A DNA stretch of 63,777 nucleotides, filler included, from Reticulomyxa filosa (lineage: Eukaryota > Protista > Foraminifera): the NCBI GenBank assembly GCA_000512085.1. It is 22 parts of 22 records of this genome, joined end to end, with 100 filler letters (N's around TTAATTAATTAA, not from the genome) between each part and the next. Parts side by side here need not be neighbours in the genome. Positions count along the whole stretch, not along the records: positions 59,757 to 61,270 come from ASPP01014385.1; positions 61,371 to 62,515 come from ASPP01040260.1; positions 62,616 to 63,777 come from ASPP01001955.1; 19 more parts are not named here. The stretch is one strand, 5' to 3'. The position numbers and the translations under genes were made by a program. The notes under the pieces were generated by a model. It worked only from the letters and a program-made list of their open reading frames with translations, was not told the origin of the DNA and ran no database searches. Below, piece by piece: positions 61,197-63,777 of this stretch. The first letter of the stretch is position 1. Every line of letters starts with the position of its first letter.

Positions 61197-62211
61197 CTTT
61201 TTTTTTTTTTTTTAAAAAAAAAAAAGAAGAAAAGGTTTACAAAAAAAACATACACAACCATCCCTCCAACNNNNNNNNNNNNNNNNNNNNNNNNNNNNNN
61301 NNNNNNNNNNNNNNTTAATTAATTAANNNNNNNNNNNNNNNNNNNNNNNNNNNNNNNNNNNNNNNNNNNNGTTTATTATTATGTACACTGAAATGAATCA
61401 CATTTTTATTGCAACTATTTCTTGCATTCTTTTTTTCCAAGATTTCTTGTGAATAACAATAAAGATAACAAGCAATTGACATCAAGTGTTTTTTGAAATA
61501 ATGTAGGATTTTGTTCTGTGAATCACATTTGTTTCACATAACACAACAAAACGAATACAAATGTTCTTTGTGGACGTTTGATGATTTTCATTTTTAAAAA
61601 CAATATTTATATTCATTAATTTATTTTGTTTGAATTGACTGCAGACAACAAAGTAAGTACAGTTCTTTTGATCGACGCATGTACTTTGAAAAGAATTCGA
61701 TTGTGTTTTTGTGATTCTTTATAATCAATAATGTAAAAATATTATTAAAAGAAGACGAATTTATGACTTTGATAAAATGATTTCTAAATATGTTAAGTTA
61801 TTTTTTAGAGAAACGAAAACTGCAAAATGCTGGTTGAACAGGGATCACAAATTGCATAACTGTTACACAAGTTATTTCAAAAAAAAAGTACAACATCCAT
61901 GTTTTTGATACTTTCATTATTTCAAAAAGAACAGTGATTAATTGCAACAAAACTGTCACAAATTCAGTCTTAGTTGACAGATAACAATGTTTAGTAAATG
62001 ACATTACTTTTTCACTGAAAATTTTCGATACAATAATTCAGCTTCTCATGCATTTCAATTTCCATTGCTCAAATTATGTTCAATTTTTTTTTGTGTTTCA
62101 TCAATCAAATAAAAAATATCAATGTAAAATACCTTTTTTGTTTTTTTTAAAAGGGTCAAATCCTCTTTTTAAAAAAAGTTAAACTTAAAAAACTTCAGTA
62201 ACATCAACAAC

Positions 62212-62373
62212 ATGGGTAATCAAACTACAACACAACAACTTCCTGAAAGAGAGACTAAAAAAAGTCAACATCTTATTACTCCCTTTCACACTTTAAAAAA
62301 GTTACCTATTCCCACTTGACCAATTTTAATATGTTCTACACAAACATGAACCCTCATTTGTGGTATTCAATAG
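62212..62373 (+). pseudogene. Truncated, frameshifted 5' relic of the kelch-repeat family
   Basis: MGNQTTTQQLPERETKKSQHLITPFHTLKKLPIP, then frameshifts through ..LHKHE.LICG; clearly similar at DNA level to 25786-25945. Confidence 0.78.
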
Positions 62374-62819
62374 ATTAATGAAAATGTTGACAAGATAAAT
62401 ATTGTCTTAGCTAAGAGAGAAAATATCAGAGATTTATACAACTTTCATGCAACACTCCAAACTTTACGCGCCCTCTTGGCGTGTTCAGGACATTGGCATT
62501 AGTTCATTATATTCANNNNNNNNNNNNNNNNNNNNNNNNNNNNNNNNNNNNNNNNNNNNTTAATTAATTAANNNNNNNNNNNNNNNNNNNNNNNNNNNNN
62601 NNNNNNNNNNNNNNNATCAATGATTTTGATCACACCATTTTGATCAATCAACTTATCTTCTATATAATCAATTGCATATTTGATTCTTTCCATTGGATAC
62701 ATTGTTCATTGTTTTAATATCAATTTATAATTATCCATTGCATCTAAATATCCTTTGATATTTTTGTCATTTTTTATGTTTTATAATCAATTCCATGATA
62801 TTTTCAAAAGGAGTTCTTA

Positions 62820-63777
62820 AAATGAGAGAGTTGACGGAACCCTCTCTGATATCAATATGCACCTTGTTCAATGCAATAACGAGTAATATCCCAATATTGA
62901 TGATTGATTGCCAAATGTAATGGAGTTTGTCGATGTTCATTACTATTATTCCACTTTAATTGATGAGTTGGAAATTTCCATTCAATGGCTTGTTCATCAC
63001 AATATCTGCTTAATTCATTCAAAGCATCGAAATTGGTAGTATCGTCATTACAACTCAATTGAATACGAGGATTGAATGTCATCAAACCGAAAGTCAACAA
63101 TTTTATTTTTTGTCACATTACTAAACCATCTTTGCCAAATATTTTGTTCTTTGATTACCTGCATATATTCTTTCAATCCACAAATTGTTGTATGTTTCCA
63201 CATATCTTCGGATATTTTTGGCAGTGCACCCCATTCACATTTCTTTTTCGCTCTTTCCAACAAATATATCACCAATAAATACAATTGTTTGTCATTCAAT
63301 TTCGTTGATATTAATTCAAGTAATTCCACCAATCGTCTATCGTTGTTTGTGTTGATCGAATGTTTGGAAACAAATATCAAAGCGTTGAAAATCCTCTCTG
63401 ATTGTTTTTCATTCTATTTCGTTGAAATTTCTTCAAGTACTTTGAATTATGAATCAAAATAATGCAATTTCTGCCACTTTGGCAAAGCATTGAAAACTCC
63501 TTCCAGTTGTTTATCATTCAAATTTGTTGAAAATACTCCAAGTGATTGTGCACGTGATATGCAAACACAAATACCTTTATCTTTCAATCCACTCATCAAA
63601 GCGTTGATAACTTCTTCCAGTTGGTTTCTCACTCGCTTTTGCTGCAATTATACCAAGTGATTTTGCATATGATCCACGATCCCATTTATTTGTATCTTTT
63701 AACTCATAAATAAAAGCACTGAAAACTCTATTTAATTGTTTATCATTCAATTTTGTTGACATTGTTTCAAGTGATTG
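62820..63777 (-). pseudogene. HEAT-repeat array followed by an ankyrin repeat, frameshifted or decayed, 5'-truncated
   Basis: Repeats STKLNDKQL..VF.A(F/L)..LKD....R.S.A.SLG.I; then RQTPLHLAINHQYWDITRYCIEQGA (ankyrin); several frame breaks. Confidence 0.75.

Overview
This window is not one locus. It is 22 unrelated contigs joined by 21 identical artificial 100-bp spacers (N44-TTAATTAATTAA-N44, stops in all six frames), so adjacency across a spacer means nothing. Twenty-one contigs are AT-rich eukaryotic DNA, many with short GT-AG introns and frequent single-base slips in homopolymers. The expanded WD40, kelch, TPR, HEAT and caspase-like families suggest a foraminiferan such as Reticulomyxa filosa (inference from recalled family signatures, not searched). 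Recognisable genes: kinesin-14, an RRM protein, a SAM-methyltransferase fragment, a triple-SAM/coiled-coil protein, a PX-ankyrin protein, a very divergent presenilin, two WD40 proteins, kelch genes and relics, a decayed LINE, a TSP1 surface protein, a BTB protein, a lipase maturation factor, a SCAF4/8-like CID protein head-to-head with the N-terminal half of ATM, a C2H2 zinc-finger protein, a UIM protein and a HEAT-ankyrin relic. One GC-rich contig (34731-36233) is a bacterial CusB-CusF fusion gene, probably a contaminant. The best candidate for an undescribed system is on contig 16886-23699. A recently duplicated TPR array can be spliced in frame to an about 75-aa adaptor-like exon and a caspase-fold protease with an intact His/Cys dyad, and a decayed second copy of the same exon lies upstream of a WD40 gene. 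This resembles a modular repeat-sensor/caspase-effector system. The presenilin, which keeps both aspartates but has RASD in place of GxGD, is the second highlight. Exon boundaries were inferred by eye and are approximate unless stated.
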